Below are positions 39,737 through 50,159 of a DNA stretch of 64,000 nucleotides, one piece after another. The notes beneath the pieces are model-generated. The model made no database searches, was not told the DNA's origin, and saw nothing but the letters and a program-made list of their open reading frames with translations. Location: contig JANXBW010000014.1 in NCBI GenBank assembly GCA_025060325.1, forward strand, positions 13,860-77,859. The letters are read 5' to 3'. The position numbers and the translations under genes were made by a program. The stretch comes from Thermoguttaceae bacterium (GTDB lineage Bacteria > Planctomycetota > Planctomycetia > Pirellulales > Thermoguttaceae). The number at the start of each line of letters is the position of its first letter. Positions within the stretch are counted from its first letter, which is position 1.

Positions 39737-40737
39737 CACCCGAACACCCTTCCTCCACGGTGGTCACCTCAGTGTGCCGGTTAGGTTTGGCTTTGGGACG
39801 CTCCAGGTGCGCACGCGGTCTATCCCTGGAAGGAGTGTCAGCGGTTAATCAGGCGCCGAAAGCCGGTGGCGATCATCCCCGAGACCCATAAGCGGCAACC
39901 GCAACCTGAATCGGTGCCGCCGGCAATCCAGCCAGAACCTCAGGCCTGCAGGCCAAATTCGAGTTTTGAGCATGGGGGTTCCAGCGCCGAATAAAGACCG
40001 GGGGCGGCCTGGAAGTATCCATGTTGGGTTTTAGACCCATCACTCGGGTGGAGCACGACCGCAGCCGGGAGGAGAATCCTTGGCGTCACGGGCCCAAATC
40101 GGTTGCGGGGTAGCAAGACAAGCAGACATGGGATGCCGGTTTAGCCGAGAGGGTGCACCGGGGGAGGCAGATCGCTGCCCACAGTTGCCCGGCCAGAAAA
40201 TCGGGTTCGGTTTAATTTGATAACTCGGGGCGTGAATCCTCTCATCCCTGATGGTTTAGGGGCAGAAACTGCGATGGCAAGTAAATTTCCTGACATACTC
40301 AACTTATGCCAAAGCGAGGTAACCACTTCCGCCGGGGCTGCCCGCGCGCATTGGCCACAAGCCCGCAGACGGCGCCGGTTTTCGGGAAGGGTTTCTAAGC
40401 AGTCGCCGTGGGCAGTAGCTTCGGACGGGGTTTAGTCTCTCCTTTTTGTCCCCTCGTCGGCAATAATTGACCGCTTGCCGCTTCCAGCGGAAGAGCGAAA
40501 ACGTTACTTGGCGCTGCGAGCCCTCTTTCTGCGGTCATTCAGGGCGCTTGGCTGGGGTGCCTGGCACAACCCGGGTTCAGGAAAGCCGGCATGGCCCTGG
40601 CTCGAAACCCCTCGGCGACGATACCCGGCGGGACGGAGGCAGCCCCGCACCGGGAGATGTGCCGGCAGAACGTGCTGCCCAAAAGTTTCGGCTACTTTCA
40701 CTAGCGAACAACCTACACGTGGAGAATAGCGCGTCTT

Positions 40738-41733
40738 ATGACCAAGCGATTTGTCTCCCAACTTCATGATCAGGAATCTGTTAACGAAATCTTCCGGGCC
40801 ACGCATAAACAGCTTCGGCCCAATCGTAACGGTCAGCTCTATCTTTATTGCCGGCTAAGCGACAAGACCGGGAGCATCGATGCCCTTCTTTGGAATGTTA
40901 GCGAAGAGCATTATCAGGCCTTCGAAGACGGCGATTATGTACGGGCGGAAGGCTTGGCACAACTTTATCACGGCCAGATGCAGATCATTTTGCGCCGCAT
41001 CACCAAGGTCGCAGGGGACCAAATTGACCCGGCGGACTTTTTTCCGCTTACTCAAGAGCAAATTCACCGGCTAAAGGTTCGCTTGCGGGAAACTCTCCGC
41101 GAGGTGACCGATCCGGCCCTTGCTACTCTTGTGGAATGCTTTCTCATTGACGACCAGTTCATGCAGGCTTTTTGTGAGTTGCCGGCGGGAGTACGGGCAC
41201 ACCACGCCTATCCCGGCGGGCTCTTGGAGCACGTTGTCACCATGCTGGAAATGGGGCTCCAGGCGGCCCGGTGTTATCCAAACGTAAACAAATCGCTTCT
41301 TTTGACAGGGATTCTTGTACACGACATCGGCAAGCTAGAAGAACTTTCTCCGCACCCGTCCGCGGAATACACCGACCGCGGGCAACTTGTGGGCCACGTC
41401 ATAATCGGGATTGAGATGCTCCATGAGAAGGTTCGGCAGGCAGAGATGCTGTCCGGGGAAAAATTTCCTCCGGAACTTCTTTTACGACTAGAGCATATCA
41501 TCGCAAGTCACCACGGAGAGTACGAATTCGGTAGCCCGCGGCTGCCGATGACACTGGAAGCACTTCTTATCCACCATTTGGACTTGATGGATTCTAAGTA
41601 TTCCGCCTTCATGCAGGCGTTTACCGATACACCTCAGGGCGACAACCCGTGGTCGCGATTTCATCCGCAGTTAGGGCGTAAGCTCTTCCGTGGTTCGTCC
41701 CCTTCACGACCCGGGGTGATTTCCGAGTGTTAA
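40738..41733 (+). CDS. OB-fold + HD-domain 3'-5' exoribonuclease YhaM-like protein
   Basis: N-terminal OB-fold-like region (LYLYCRLSDKTGSIDALLWNV...GDYVRAEG). HD-domain motifs are HHAYPGGLLEHVV, LVHDIGK and IIASHHG. Confidence 0.75.
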   Translation: MTKRFVSQLHDQESVNEIFRATHKQLRPNRNGQLYLYCRLSDKTGSIDALLWNVSEEHYQAFEDGDYVRAEGLAQLYHGQMQIILRRITKVAGDQIDPADFFPLTQEQIHRLKVRLRETLREVTDPALATLVECFLIDDQFMQAFCELPAGVRAHHAYPGGLLEHVVTMLEMGLQAARCYPNVNKSLLLTGILVHDIGKLEELSPHPSAEYTDRGQLVGHVIIGIEMLHEKVRQAEMLSGEKFPPELLLRLEHIIASHHGEYEFGSPRLPMTLEALLIHHLDLMDSKYSAFMQAFTDTPQGDNPWSRFHPQLGRKLFRGSSPSRPGVISEC

Positions 41734-42143
41734 GCCGGCCGAAAAATCGCTGGCATCCAGGAAATGCCGGAATGTGTACTCAAGAGGGGTGGCTCGGCCC
41801 CAGTGGGGCGCCTTCTCTTTTTTCTTTCGGCCGAAAGAGCACCAAGTCCGTGCCGCGAGGCTTTGTGCCCCCTGAATTCCGATGAACCTTGTCACACAAA
41901 TGGACGTAAAATAGTAAAGATTAATGGCTGGAGGCCGAGCAGGCGGCGTAAACCGCGTAAGCAGCCATCTGCCTGGAAGTGCGGCGGCTTTGCCACCCCG
42001 AGGGTTGCCGGACTTCATCCTGCCCGTTTTTACGTGGAGGGGAGTTAACGTCGCTCAGCACCCAAGGGATTTCGGGCAGCTGGTTGGAAGCGGGCAGAGA
42101 ATCTGGCCTTGGTCCACGTTTTTTCCTTACACCACAAGCGGGT

Positions 42144-44423
42144 ATGGCAGCAATGACCCACGACGAACACCTTTTCCCCGATCCAACCGACTATCTTGGT
42201 GAAGAAGGTGAGGAAGCCGGGCCGGAGACGCCCTCGCTCCAAGATCCTCTTGCCCAACGAGTCCTCGAGCTTGTCAATCGTCCCGGGTACCACCCGGTTA
42301 AACCCAAGGTCATCGCGAAAAAGTTGCAGCTTGACAAGAGCGAGATGCCGCGGCTGCGGCGGGTCATTAAGCTGCTTGCCCGGCAGGGGCTTGTGGCCTA
42401 CGGTCGGGGGCACTTGGTGCGCCCGGCTAAAGAAGGCGTCCGGCAAGCTCGCCGGATTGTCGGGATATTTCGCAAAACCGACTCAGGCTACGGCTTCGTC
42501 CGGCCGCGGGGCGAGTATGCCGCGGGACTGGGGGAAGATGTTTACATTGCCTCGGCCCATACGGCCGATGCCGTCACTGGCGATCTCGTGCTGGTCGAGT
42601 TAACGGAAGGTACCGGCGGTGCTGGTCCGCGCGGACAAATCGTCCGTGTGCTGGAACGCCAGCGTCAACAATTTGTGGGCACTTATTTCGAAGCTGGGTC
42701 GTGGGGTTATGTCGAAGTTGACGGCGGACTTTTCCCAACGCCGATTTTTGTTGGCGATCCAGGGGCAAAAGGGGCACGTCCAGAGGACAAAGTGGTGATC
42801 GAACTCATCCGCTATCCTACTCCCTATGCGGAAGGCGAAGGGGTGATTGTGGAGGTCTTAGGCGAACGGGGCAGGCCGGGGCTGGACACCCTCATGATCA
42901 TGCGGGAATTTGGTCTGCCTGAGAGCTTCCCGGAAGACGTGCTCGAGGAGGCCCGTCAGCAGGCCCAGAACTTTCGTGAGGAAGTGCCTCCGGATCGGCT
43001 CGATTTGACGGGGCTTACGGTTATTACAATCGACCCGCCAGATGCTCGCGACTTCGATGACGCGGTGTCGCTGGAAAAGCGAGAGGATGGTTCCTGGCGG
43101 CTGGGGGTGCATATTGCTGATGTGGCGTACTTTGTGCCGCCAAAGTCGGCGCTGGACCGCGAAGCTTTCGAGCGGGCAACCAGCGTTTACTTGCCGGATC
43201 GCGTCATCCCCATGCTGCCGGAGCCAATTTCTAACGGCGTAGCCAGCCTCCAGCCCGGCAAGATTCGTTTCACCAAATCGGTTTTTATCGAATTTACTCC
43301 GGAGGGCATTCCCACCTATCGGGAGTTTCACCGCTCGGTAATCCGCAGTAGTAAACGCCTGACGTACGAAGAAGTGGACGAATTCCTGGCCGACCCGGCG
43401 CGGTTCGAATCAGCTTGGGGACCGACCATTTGCCGGATGCTCATGGACATGCGCGATCTTGCCCGGATCCTTCGGGCACGACGCCGGCGGCGGGGGGCGC
43501 TTGAGCTTATCCTGCCTGAAATCAAATTGCTGTTTGATGATAGCGGGGGACTGGCGGGGGCAAAGATCGTCGAACACACCGAAAGTCACCAAATCATCGA
43601 GGAATTCATGCTGGCGGCCAATGAGGCGGTGGCTGAATTCCTCCAGGATAAAGGCCTTCACTTCCTGCGACGCGTCCACAAAGATCCTCTTTTGCGGAAG
43701 CTCCGTGATCTGACCGACTTCGTCAAAGGGTTGGGGATTGAGACGGAGAGTCTGGAGAGCCGCTTTGCCATCCAGCGGCTCCTGGAGGCAGTAGCGGGGC
43801 GACCTGAGCAGCACGCCGTGCACTACGCGGTGCTTCGATCCCTTCAGCGGGCCATTTACAGTCCCCGACCGGAAGGTCACTATGCTTTGGCCACCGATAC
43901 ATACTGCCACTTTACGGCACCCATCCGGCGATACCCAGACCTGACGGTGCACAGGTTACTGGATGCAGTGCTGGACAACCGTAAGCCGGTGACGGACTTT
44001 GATCGCCTCGTGCTGCTTGGGGAGCATTGTTCACGCCGAGAGGAGCGGGCGGAGATTGCTGAGCGAGAGTTGATCAAGCTTAAGCTACTCGGATACCTGC
44101 AAAATCACATTGGGATGGAAATGGAGGGGGTAATCACCGGGGTGGAAAGATACGGAATTTTTATCCAGGGTGTCGATCTGCCGGCGGAGGGACTTGTCCA
44201 TATTAGCACGCTTGATGACGATTTTTACCGTTTTGACCGCAAGACCCACTCATTGGTGGGTTATCGCGAGGGCCACAGTTATCGGCTGGGCGACCGGGTT
44301 CGAGTGAAAGTGGCCCGTGTGGACCTTGATCGCCGGCAGCTGGATTTTCGCCTCGTTGGGCACCGAGCAGGTCGGGTAGAAGCCCGTCCGCTGCGCCAAT
44401 TCCGGCGACGACACTACAAATAA
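42144..44423 (+). CDS. rnr: Ribonuclease R
   Basis: RNB-domain blocks are ITIDPPDARDFDDAVS, VHIADVAYFV, SVYLPDRVIPMLPE and HYALATDTYCHFTAPIRRYPDL. The C-terminal S1 domain has GVITGVERYGIFIQG. The start is taken at ATG 42144 (MAAMTHDEH); the ORF-track start at 41979 adds an implausible leader. Confidence 0.9.
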   Translation: MAAMTHDEHLFPDPTDYLGEEGEEAGPETPSLQDPLAQRVLELVNRPGYHPVKPKVIAKKLQLDKSEMPRLRRVIKLLARQGLVAYGRGHLVRPAKEGVRQARRIVGIFRKTDSGYGFVRPRGEYAAGLGEDVYIASAHTADAVTGDLVLVELTEGTGGAGPRGQIVRVLERQRQQFVGTYFEAGSWGYVEVDGGLFPTPIFVGDPGAKGARPEDKVVIELIRYPTPYAEGEGVIVEVLGERGRPGLDTLMIMREFGLPESFPEDVLEEARQQAQNFREEVPPDRLDLTGLTVITIDPPDARDFDDAVSLEKREDGSWRLGVHIADVAYFVPPKSALDREAFERATSVYLPDRVIPMLPEPISNGVASLQPGKIRFTKSVFIEFTPEGIPTYREFHRSVIRSSKRLTYEEVDEFLADPARFESAWGPTICRMLMDMRDLARILRARRRRRGALELILPEIKLLFDDSGGLAGAKIVEHTESHQIIEEFMLAANEAVAEFLQDKGLHFLRRVHKDPLLRKLRDLTDFVKGLGIETESLESRFAIQRLLEAVAGRPEQHAVHYAVLRSLQRAIYSPRPEGHYALATDTYCHFTAPIRRYPDLTVHRLLDAVLDNRKPVTDFDRLVLLGEHCSRREERAEIAERELIKLKLLGYLQNHIGMEMEGVITGVERYGIFIQGVDLPAEGLVHISTLDDDFYRFDRKTHSLVGYREGHSYRLGDRVRVKVARVDLDRRQLDFRLVGHRAGRVEARPLRQFRRRHYK

Positions 44424-44922
44424 ACAAGTCGTCTCATCGGTGCCGCAAAAAGCCACACAGGCTCCCTCAACAACACTGGCGCGATATCGCGCAGCCCACC
44501 GGATAGGGGTCTTGGTCGGAACTTGTGCCGCCCGTCAGTACGTACCGGCCATTATGCCCATCGTTTGGTCGTCTTAATCGGCTGGTCATATTGGTCGGAC
44601 TGCTGATCTTACTTCCGATACACCGCGCATCATCCTGCGCCGTTGAGCGACAAATCCTGATCGGGTGGCCCGCGGTTGCCTCTGAGCAGGTAAGGCCATA
44701 GAATTGCGAAAAAAGTTGGCTCCGGCTGTCAAAAATTCGCGAACTTCGGGAAAGTTGGAGTTACCTACTGTTGGCAGAAGTAAAAGGCCTGCTAGGTGAC
44801 CGGATAAGCCCCTTCCTAACACTCGGAAGAAAGATGAGCGGCCTTGTGGGAAATAAGAGTAAACTAATCCCGGTTAAGTCAAACCTACCAAGGTAAGTCA
44901 CGGCTCATTGGAGGATGCGTTT

Positions 44923-45504
44923 ATGGTGCGGACAAATAGCACGATGCTTCCGCTTGGGACCAAGGCGCCGGACTTTCGCTTGCCTGATCCGTTCGGCCGG
45001 GTGTGGTCGCTTGGTGAGTTTGACGGCAAACCTGCCCTTTTGGTTATCTTCCTTTGTAATCACTGCCCATATGTAAAACATGTTGCCAGCGAGTTGGCAA
45101 AACTTACTTCCGAATACATCGACAAAGGAGTGGCAGTCGTTGGCATTAACTCTAATGACTGGCAGCAGTATCCGGAGGATTCGCCCCAGCAAATGATCGC
45201 CGAGATTCGGGCGCGGGGTTACCGCTTCCCTTACCTCATTGACGAAACCCAGGAGGTGGCGAAAGCCTATCGGGCGGCGTGTACGCCAGACTTCTTCCTT
45301 TTTGATGCTAAACGAGAGCTTGTCTATCGTGGACAAATGGATGACAGTCGCCCCGGCAACGGGATCCCTGTGACGGGAAAAGATTTGCGGGCAGCTTTGG
45401 ACGCCGTGTTGGCTGGCCGGGCAGTTCCCGCCGATCAGAAGCCAAGTCTCGGCTGCAACATCAAATGGAAGCCGGGAAACGAGCCAGACTATTTCCGCCC
45501 TTAA
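44923..45504 (+). CDS. Thioredoxin-fold protein (redoxin / AhpC-TSA-like thiol-disulfide oxidoreductase)
   Basis: APDFRLPDPFGRVWSLGEFDGKPALLVIFLCNHCPYVKHV contains a CxxC motif. ATG 44923 is preceded by tggagga. Confidence 0.75.
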   Translation: MVRTNSTMLPLGTKAPDFRLPDPFGRVWSLGEFDGKPALLVIFLCNHCPYVKHVASELAKLTSEYIDKGVAVVGINSNDWQQYPEDSPQQMIAEIRARGYRFPYLIDETQEVAKAYRAACTPDFFLFDAKRELVYRGQMDDSRPGNGIPVTGKDLRAALDAVLAGRAVPADQKPSLGCNIKWKPGNEPDYFRP

Positions 45505-45715
45505 ACCGCTAGGCCAGATCCGGTGAAGATGAACCGACCATCAACGCAGCGGGCGGTTGGCCAATAGCCCGGCTGGCGCTACTTGTCGGAGAAAATGTGC
45601 TTCGTTTGCGAGAATGGGTTAACCCAAAGATGGGTTGCCCCCGGCGGAGTGGCCAACCGGCAGGACGTTTTCTCGGCGCCACGATGCGGGAACAGCAAAC
45701 CAGTCGTTGGGTCGG

Positions 45716-46675
45716 TTATTGGGGCAGCATGGGACCTGCTTCCCACGCGGCCCGCTCTAAAGAAGCTAGCAGTCCGTCGACAACCCGGGACGTATCCATC
45801 TTGCGGGCGACGGCAATATTGCGCTGCCAGGCCGGCACACGACGGCGATCAAAAACGGTTGCCCCCCGACACAATTCGCCACCTGTTTCTACATCGCCTG
45901 CCATCTCTTCGTACTCGAAAAGTTCCGGATGAAGGGCGGCCATCAGCGTCACACAATCGTGAATATGAATCCCCTCAATACCGAGCCGCTGACGGTAGCT
46001 TAAGAAAGCAGGAGGTAAGATCGTTCGCAAAAACCAGCCTACGCGTGTCGCTTCCGACGGCAGATTGACCAGGTGATCGAAAGTCAACATCACCCGGTTG
46101 GTCACATCCAGAGGGACAAGAAATTTTGTTGATGAAGAGCGAAAGACTTCGCGAGCAGCCTTCGGGTCGCAGTACATGTTGAATTCCGCCGCTGCCGTCA
46201 CATTCCCGCCGGCAGCCACGGTCCCGCCAGAGATAAAAAGCTTGGCAACGAGGGTAGGTAGCTCCGGATCCCGGCGAAAAGCGCGAGCAATATTGGTCAG
46301 CGGCCCCAAAGCCACAATAGTCACCTGTCCGGGGGCTGTTCGAACTTCTTCGCAGATCACCTTCTCGGCCGGATGGGGACTGCGGAGTTCGGCGACCTTC
46401 AGTTGGGCCGCCTCCAAACAGTCAACACTAAGACCGTACCGCCCTTGCACGGGTAGACCGTCATCAGGCAAGGAGCTCACCCCAACCCGGGGCCACCGCG
46501 GGGGATCCAAAAAACCTAAAATGCCACTTACGTTCCTGCTTGCGACATTCGGCGGGACATTTCCGCCTACAGATGTCACCGCCACCACCTCGATCCCAGG
46601 ATGATAAAGAGCAAGGATGAGAGCGATCGCATCATCCACACCTGGGTCCACATCGAGGATTATTTTCCGCGGCAT
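45716..46675 (-). CDS. Nucleoside hydrolase (inosine/uridine-preferring family)
   Basis: The N-terminal signature KIILDVDPGVDDAIALILAL is the DxDxxxDD motif. ATG 46675 is preceded by a ggaggaaaggaagg purine tract. Confidence 0.85.
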   Translation of the reverse strand: MPRKIILDVDPGVDDAIALILALYHPGIEVVAVTSVGGNVPPNVASRNVSGILGFLDPPRWPRVGVSSLPDDGLPVQGRYGLSVDCLEAAQLKVAELRSPHPAEKVICEEVRTAPGQVTIVALGPLTNIARAFRRDPELPTLVAKLFISGGTVAAGGNVTAAAEFNMYCDPKAAREVFRSSSTKFLVPLDVTNRVMLTFDHLVNLPSEATRVGWFLRTILPPAFLSYRQRLGIEGIHIHDCVTLMAALHPELFEYEEMAGDVETGGELCRGATVFDRRRVPAWQRNIAVARKMDTSRVVDGLLASLERAAWEAGPMLPQ

Positions 46676-47158
46676 GTGGCCCTTCCTTTCCTCCTCTGCG
46701 CCGCTGGCCCGCAATAACCACTGTCCCTTAATTTGGAGCGAGCGAACTGCCTACTGAAGAGGGCACAATCAACTCCTAAAAACTCCTAGAAAAGAGGGGT
46801 CTCTAAAGCCCTTGCGGCAACAACTAACCGGATCAGTCCATGAACCTAGCCGTAGGAGGGTGACCCCCAAACTCCCTGTCCTGGAAGGACTTGAAACTGC
46901 TTGACTTTCACGGGCCAACGGATTAGTCACGTGCACGACTGCTTAAACCGGATGCAAACCAGTGGGAAAATCCCGGTCCTCCACCCGCCGAAATATTATC
47001 ACAAGCCGCCCGTGGTTGTCACGAGCACTTATAACAGCTGCCAAACCACACAAAGTTCACCAGCGAGACCTTAGAAGCGTCAGGCACGTGGCTTTTACAC
47101 GTGATTTGGTGGAGGAGGTTCCCTCCTCGATGCGTTCCTCGTTGACCAAATCGCTCGG

Positions 47159-48523
47159 TTATTCCGGTTTGATGCGCCAGATATTATCGCCGGCCTTGAC
47201 CAACGTAAATGCCCGCACCAGCTCTCGGCCGTCCGGAAGGGTGACTTTCACTTGGTAATCGCCCAAAAAGCCTCGGAAGCGCCCTCGGCCGGCATCATCC
47301 GTTTTTAGCGTTTTCACTGTCCACCATTTGCCCTTAATGAGTTGATAAAGCACCTCATAAGCCGGCTTGGGGGACATGTCGGCCCGAACAAGACCGGCTG
47401 GGGCAGCTTGCCAAGCCCGGAAGTCGCTGAAGTCCCACCAAGTGATTGCCTCCACTGCAGGATGGGAGAACAACACGGTGTAGAACCGTTCCACCTCGCG
47501 GGCTTGCCACTCCTCTCCTTCCTTGGTCGTTAGCCAGGGCTTGCCGGCCGGTCGCTCTCTTGCCCCGGAAAGAATCGTCGTTTCCGTGAAATGAAGTGGG
47601 ACACCGAATCGGCTAAACCGTTCACACACGTCCCAAATCTGCTCGGTAGACCACACACCCCCATGCATGTGACTTTGGATCCCAATCACATCGTAGAGGG
47701 GCCGGCCGTTTTCGTCCACAAGCTGCTCGATCAACTTTTCGTAAGCAGGGTCAATCCGGTAATCGTTAATAATAAGCACCGCATCTTTGTTGGCCTTGCG
47801 GGCCTGGCGGAAGCATGCTTTGACAAACTCCACCTGCCCCACCTTTTGCCAAGTTCCCGTTATTCGCGGCGCCCGTCTCCACATCTCCAGACGGTCGTAG
47901 TGTGTCGCCTCGTTGACCACATCCCATCGGTCGATTAGTCCACGGAATCGGCTGACACAATCCTCAATCCGGGCCAAAAGAAGTTGGAGCACCTCTTCCG
48001 AATTCTCCGGCAACCAGCGCGGGTCAGCGTAGTTCCATGCCAGGGGATGGCCCTTGGTCAAAATGCCATGCTCTTTGCACCATCGGGCCACTTGTTCCGC
48101 GTACTGGTGATTTGGCTTGCCCCGGACCGGCTCGTACATCGGCCAATAAAAAGGAAGGGTGGCATAATTTAGTAGCGCCGCAAAACGCTCAAGATACCGC
48201 GCCTGAATCTCCGAATCCTCAATCCTGCCCCATAGAAAGATATTACACCCAAAGAGGAATTGATGCCGTTTCTGCTCGATCTGGATTTCCACACCGGCCA
48301 AGGGTTTCCCTGCACCATCTTCGACAACAATCTCCGCTTCTGCCATGCGATGGCGCTCAATGCGGGCCGGAGCCTCCGCGAGAATCTGCTCTGGCGAGAG
48401 CTTCCCACCCTCGCCGAGTGAATCGCTTGTGCATGCAAAGACCAGTGCAACTGTCAACAGCAAAACCGCCATCCTTTTGTTGTCAACGCATGGCCAGGCA
48501 ACTGTGGGGGAATGGGTTAGCAT
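47159..48523 (-). CDS. Glycoside hydrolase family 10 endo-1,4-beta-xylanase-like, secreted, with C-terminal beta-sandwich extension
   Basis: GH10 acid/base motif WDVVNEA. Also GHPLAWN, INDY, GIQSHM and a nucleophile-region HFTETT. A signal-like N-terminus is present. Confidence 0.8.
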   Translation of the reverse strand: MLTHSPTVAWPCVDNKRMAVLLLTVALVFACTSDSLGEGGKLSPEQILAEAPARIERHRMAEAEIVVEDGAGKPLAGVEIQIEQKRHQFLFGCNIFLWGRIEDSEIQARYLERFAALLNYATLPFYWPMYEPVRGKPNHQYAEQVARWCKEHGILTKGHPLAWNYADPRWLPENSEEVLQLLLARIEDCVSRFRGLIDRWDVVNEATHYDRLEMWRRAPRITGTWQKVGQVEFVKACFRQARKANKDAVLIINDYRIDPAYEKLIEQLVDENGRPLYDVIGIQSHMHGGVWSTEQIWDVCERFSRFGVPLHFTETTILSGARERPAGKPWLTTKEGEEWQAREVERFYTVLFSHPAVEAITWWDFSDFRAWQAAPAGLVRADMSPKPAYEVLYQLIKGKWWTVKTLKTDDAGRGRFRGFLGDYQVKVTLPDGRELVRAFTLVKAGDNIWRIKPE

Positions 48524-49010
48524 AGGAGGCGATCCTTATTCTGTTAACCTTGCTTAACGCAACCTTCGCTTGGTTAGGGGCTTGCGTCTGCTAGTTTTTC
48601 TCGCAAAAGGCGATAGGCTCGGGCGGGCTTAAAGGCGACGCAGCACGCCCGGACCAGCGACATGCGCGGAGCCTGGGCGTGAGAAATGAGTCTTTAGCCG
48701 GCGCTTCGTAGCTCGGCGGTTAAGGCGAGTTTGGCCCCGGGCATGCGTGGACCGCCGCAAGACTTGCACGATACTTTAGCGGAAATCGAAGCGGCGATTC
48801 CCTTTAACGTTTGAGCTGACATTCTTACCCGGGGGGATTACCTGTGCAAGCTAGTTGGATGGCCCTTATGGGCCTAATACAATAAAGGCAGAGGTGGTAA
48901 CTGACAAGCGGCACGCAACTGGGGTTTTTCCTCGGCGGCAAGCGGAACCTTTTCCCTTGTTGAGCAATTGGGCCGCTCGCGGTGGGCCAGTCTTCACGGG
49001 AGACTTATGC

Positions 49011-49298
49011 ATGGCCAAGCTCGGTCCCAAGGTAAAAGACGAGGTCCTTAAGCAAAAGGTGGAACTTAACCTGACGAAGCGGGGAATTCGCCCGCCGTGT
49101 CGCGTCACCGTAACCGTGAGCAAGGGAGTGGTCACGCTTTCAGGGACCTTGCAGTACGAGCTGCAGCGCAAGACGGCCATCAAGGCCGCTCAAGAGGTGC
49201 CCGGCGTTCAACGCGTTGTGGACCAACTTCAGGTACCAAAACAGACAGCTGCCTGGCACGACTTCGAGAAATTTAAACAGCAACCCAAACACCCGTAA
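49011..49298 (+). CDS. BON domain protein
   Basis: VTVTVSKGVVTLSGTLQYELQRKTAIKAAQEVPGVQRVVDQLQV is a typical BON module. The start is taken at ATG 49011 (MAKLGPK). Confidence 0.65.
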   Translation: MAKLGPKVKDEVLKQKVELNLTKRGIRPPCRVTVTVSKGVVTLSGTLQYELQRKTAIKAAQEVPGVQRVVDQLQVPKQTAAWHDFEKFKQQPKHP

Positions 49299-50159
49299 GC
49301 TGGGCCAGCGGAAGAAGGCTGCAGCCGAGCCGGCAAGGGCCCTTTCACGAACCACCTGCCGGGGAACCACCCCACCCTAAGCTTTGCCTAGAACTGCCGA
49401 ACGCCGGCCGAAAGCCAAGGGCATTTTCCGGTCCGTCTCCGATTGCTGCCGGGAAGCCCGCCTCTCGGCTAAGCGGATAAAACCTGTCCCATAATTCTCC
49501 TTGTGCAAAACGCTTGTTTCATCGACCCGCGAAAAGCAATTTACCACCGCGGAGCCCGGTCCGGTTGATGTTTGGGCCGGAGAGCCGTTTCGCCATTTCC
49601 TTGCTTTCCGATTTGCCTATTTCTCCCGCTTTCCTGTTTCGCGGTCTCCGCTTGCCAAAGCCCGCCAACATCCGCCTCCTTCCGCGACCGTCTCGGTCCC
49701 CACAAATTCGGATGGAGAGGGCGTTGCCTGCTCGATAGGATTACCAGAGGCTAAGGCATTTAGCGCAATGAGGGAGCGCTTTTGGGTAAAGCGCCTTTTG
49801 CCGAGGTGGATCCAGCGGACACAAGGGGTGCAGATTTGCTCAGGTTGGCAACGGCGCGCCCCCGGGAGAGAAGCGTTCCCCTCCGCCTACGATCGGCGGG
49901 TGTAACACAGGGGAACCCGCGGCCGGCCGGGGGACTTGGGCGAGGCGGAGGCTTACTTACTGGAAAACAAAATTGCCGGTCGGCAGGCCGTTCGCATCTG
50001 GTGAGCCCACTTAGTTAGCGGGCTAGGTCATGAGCTACGGAGCCCCGAATGATGCCGGCAGCTTACCCCTAGCAGCGTCGGGGTTGATCGAGGGAGGAAT
50101 TCCAAAGCTGGGCACGTCGCAAAGTCCTTTCGCGGATTAACAACGCGGAGAATAACCGG

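Noticed and set aside
44530-44700. Possible small ORF of about 56 aa (GTG start) with one hydrophobic helix (LVILVGLLILLP) downstream of rnr
   Set aside because: It is below any confidence threshold: no RBS, a non-ATG start, and I cannot assess conservation.
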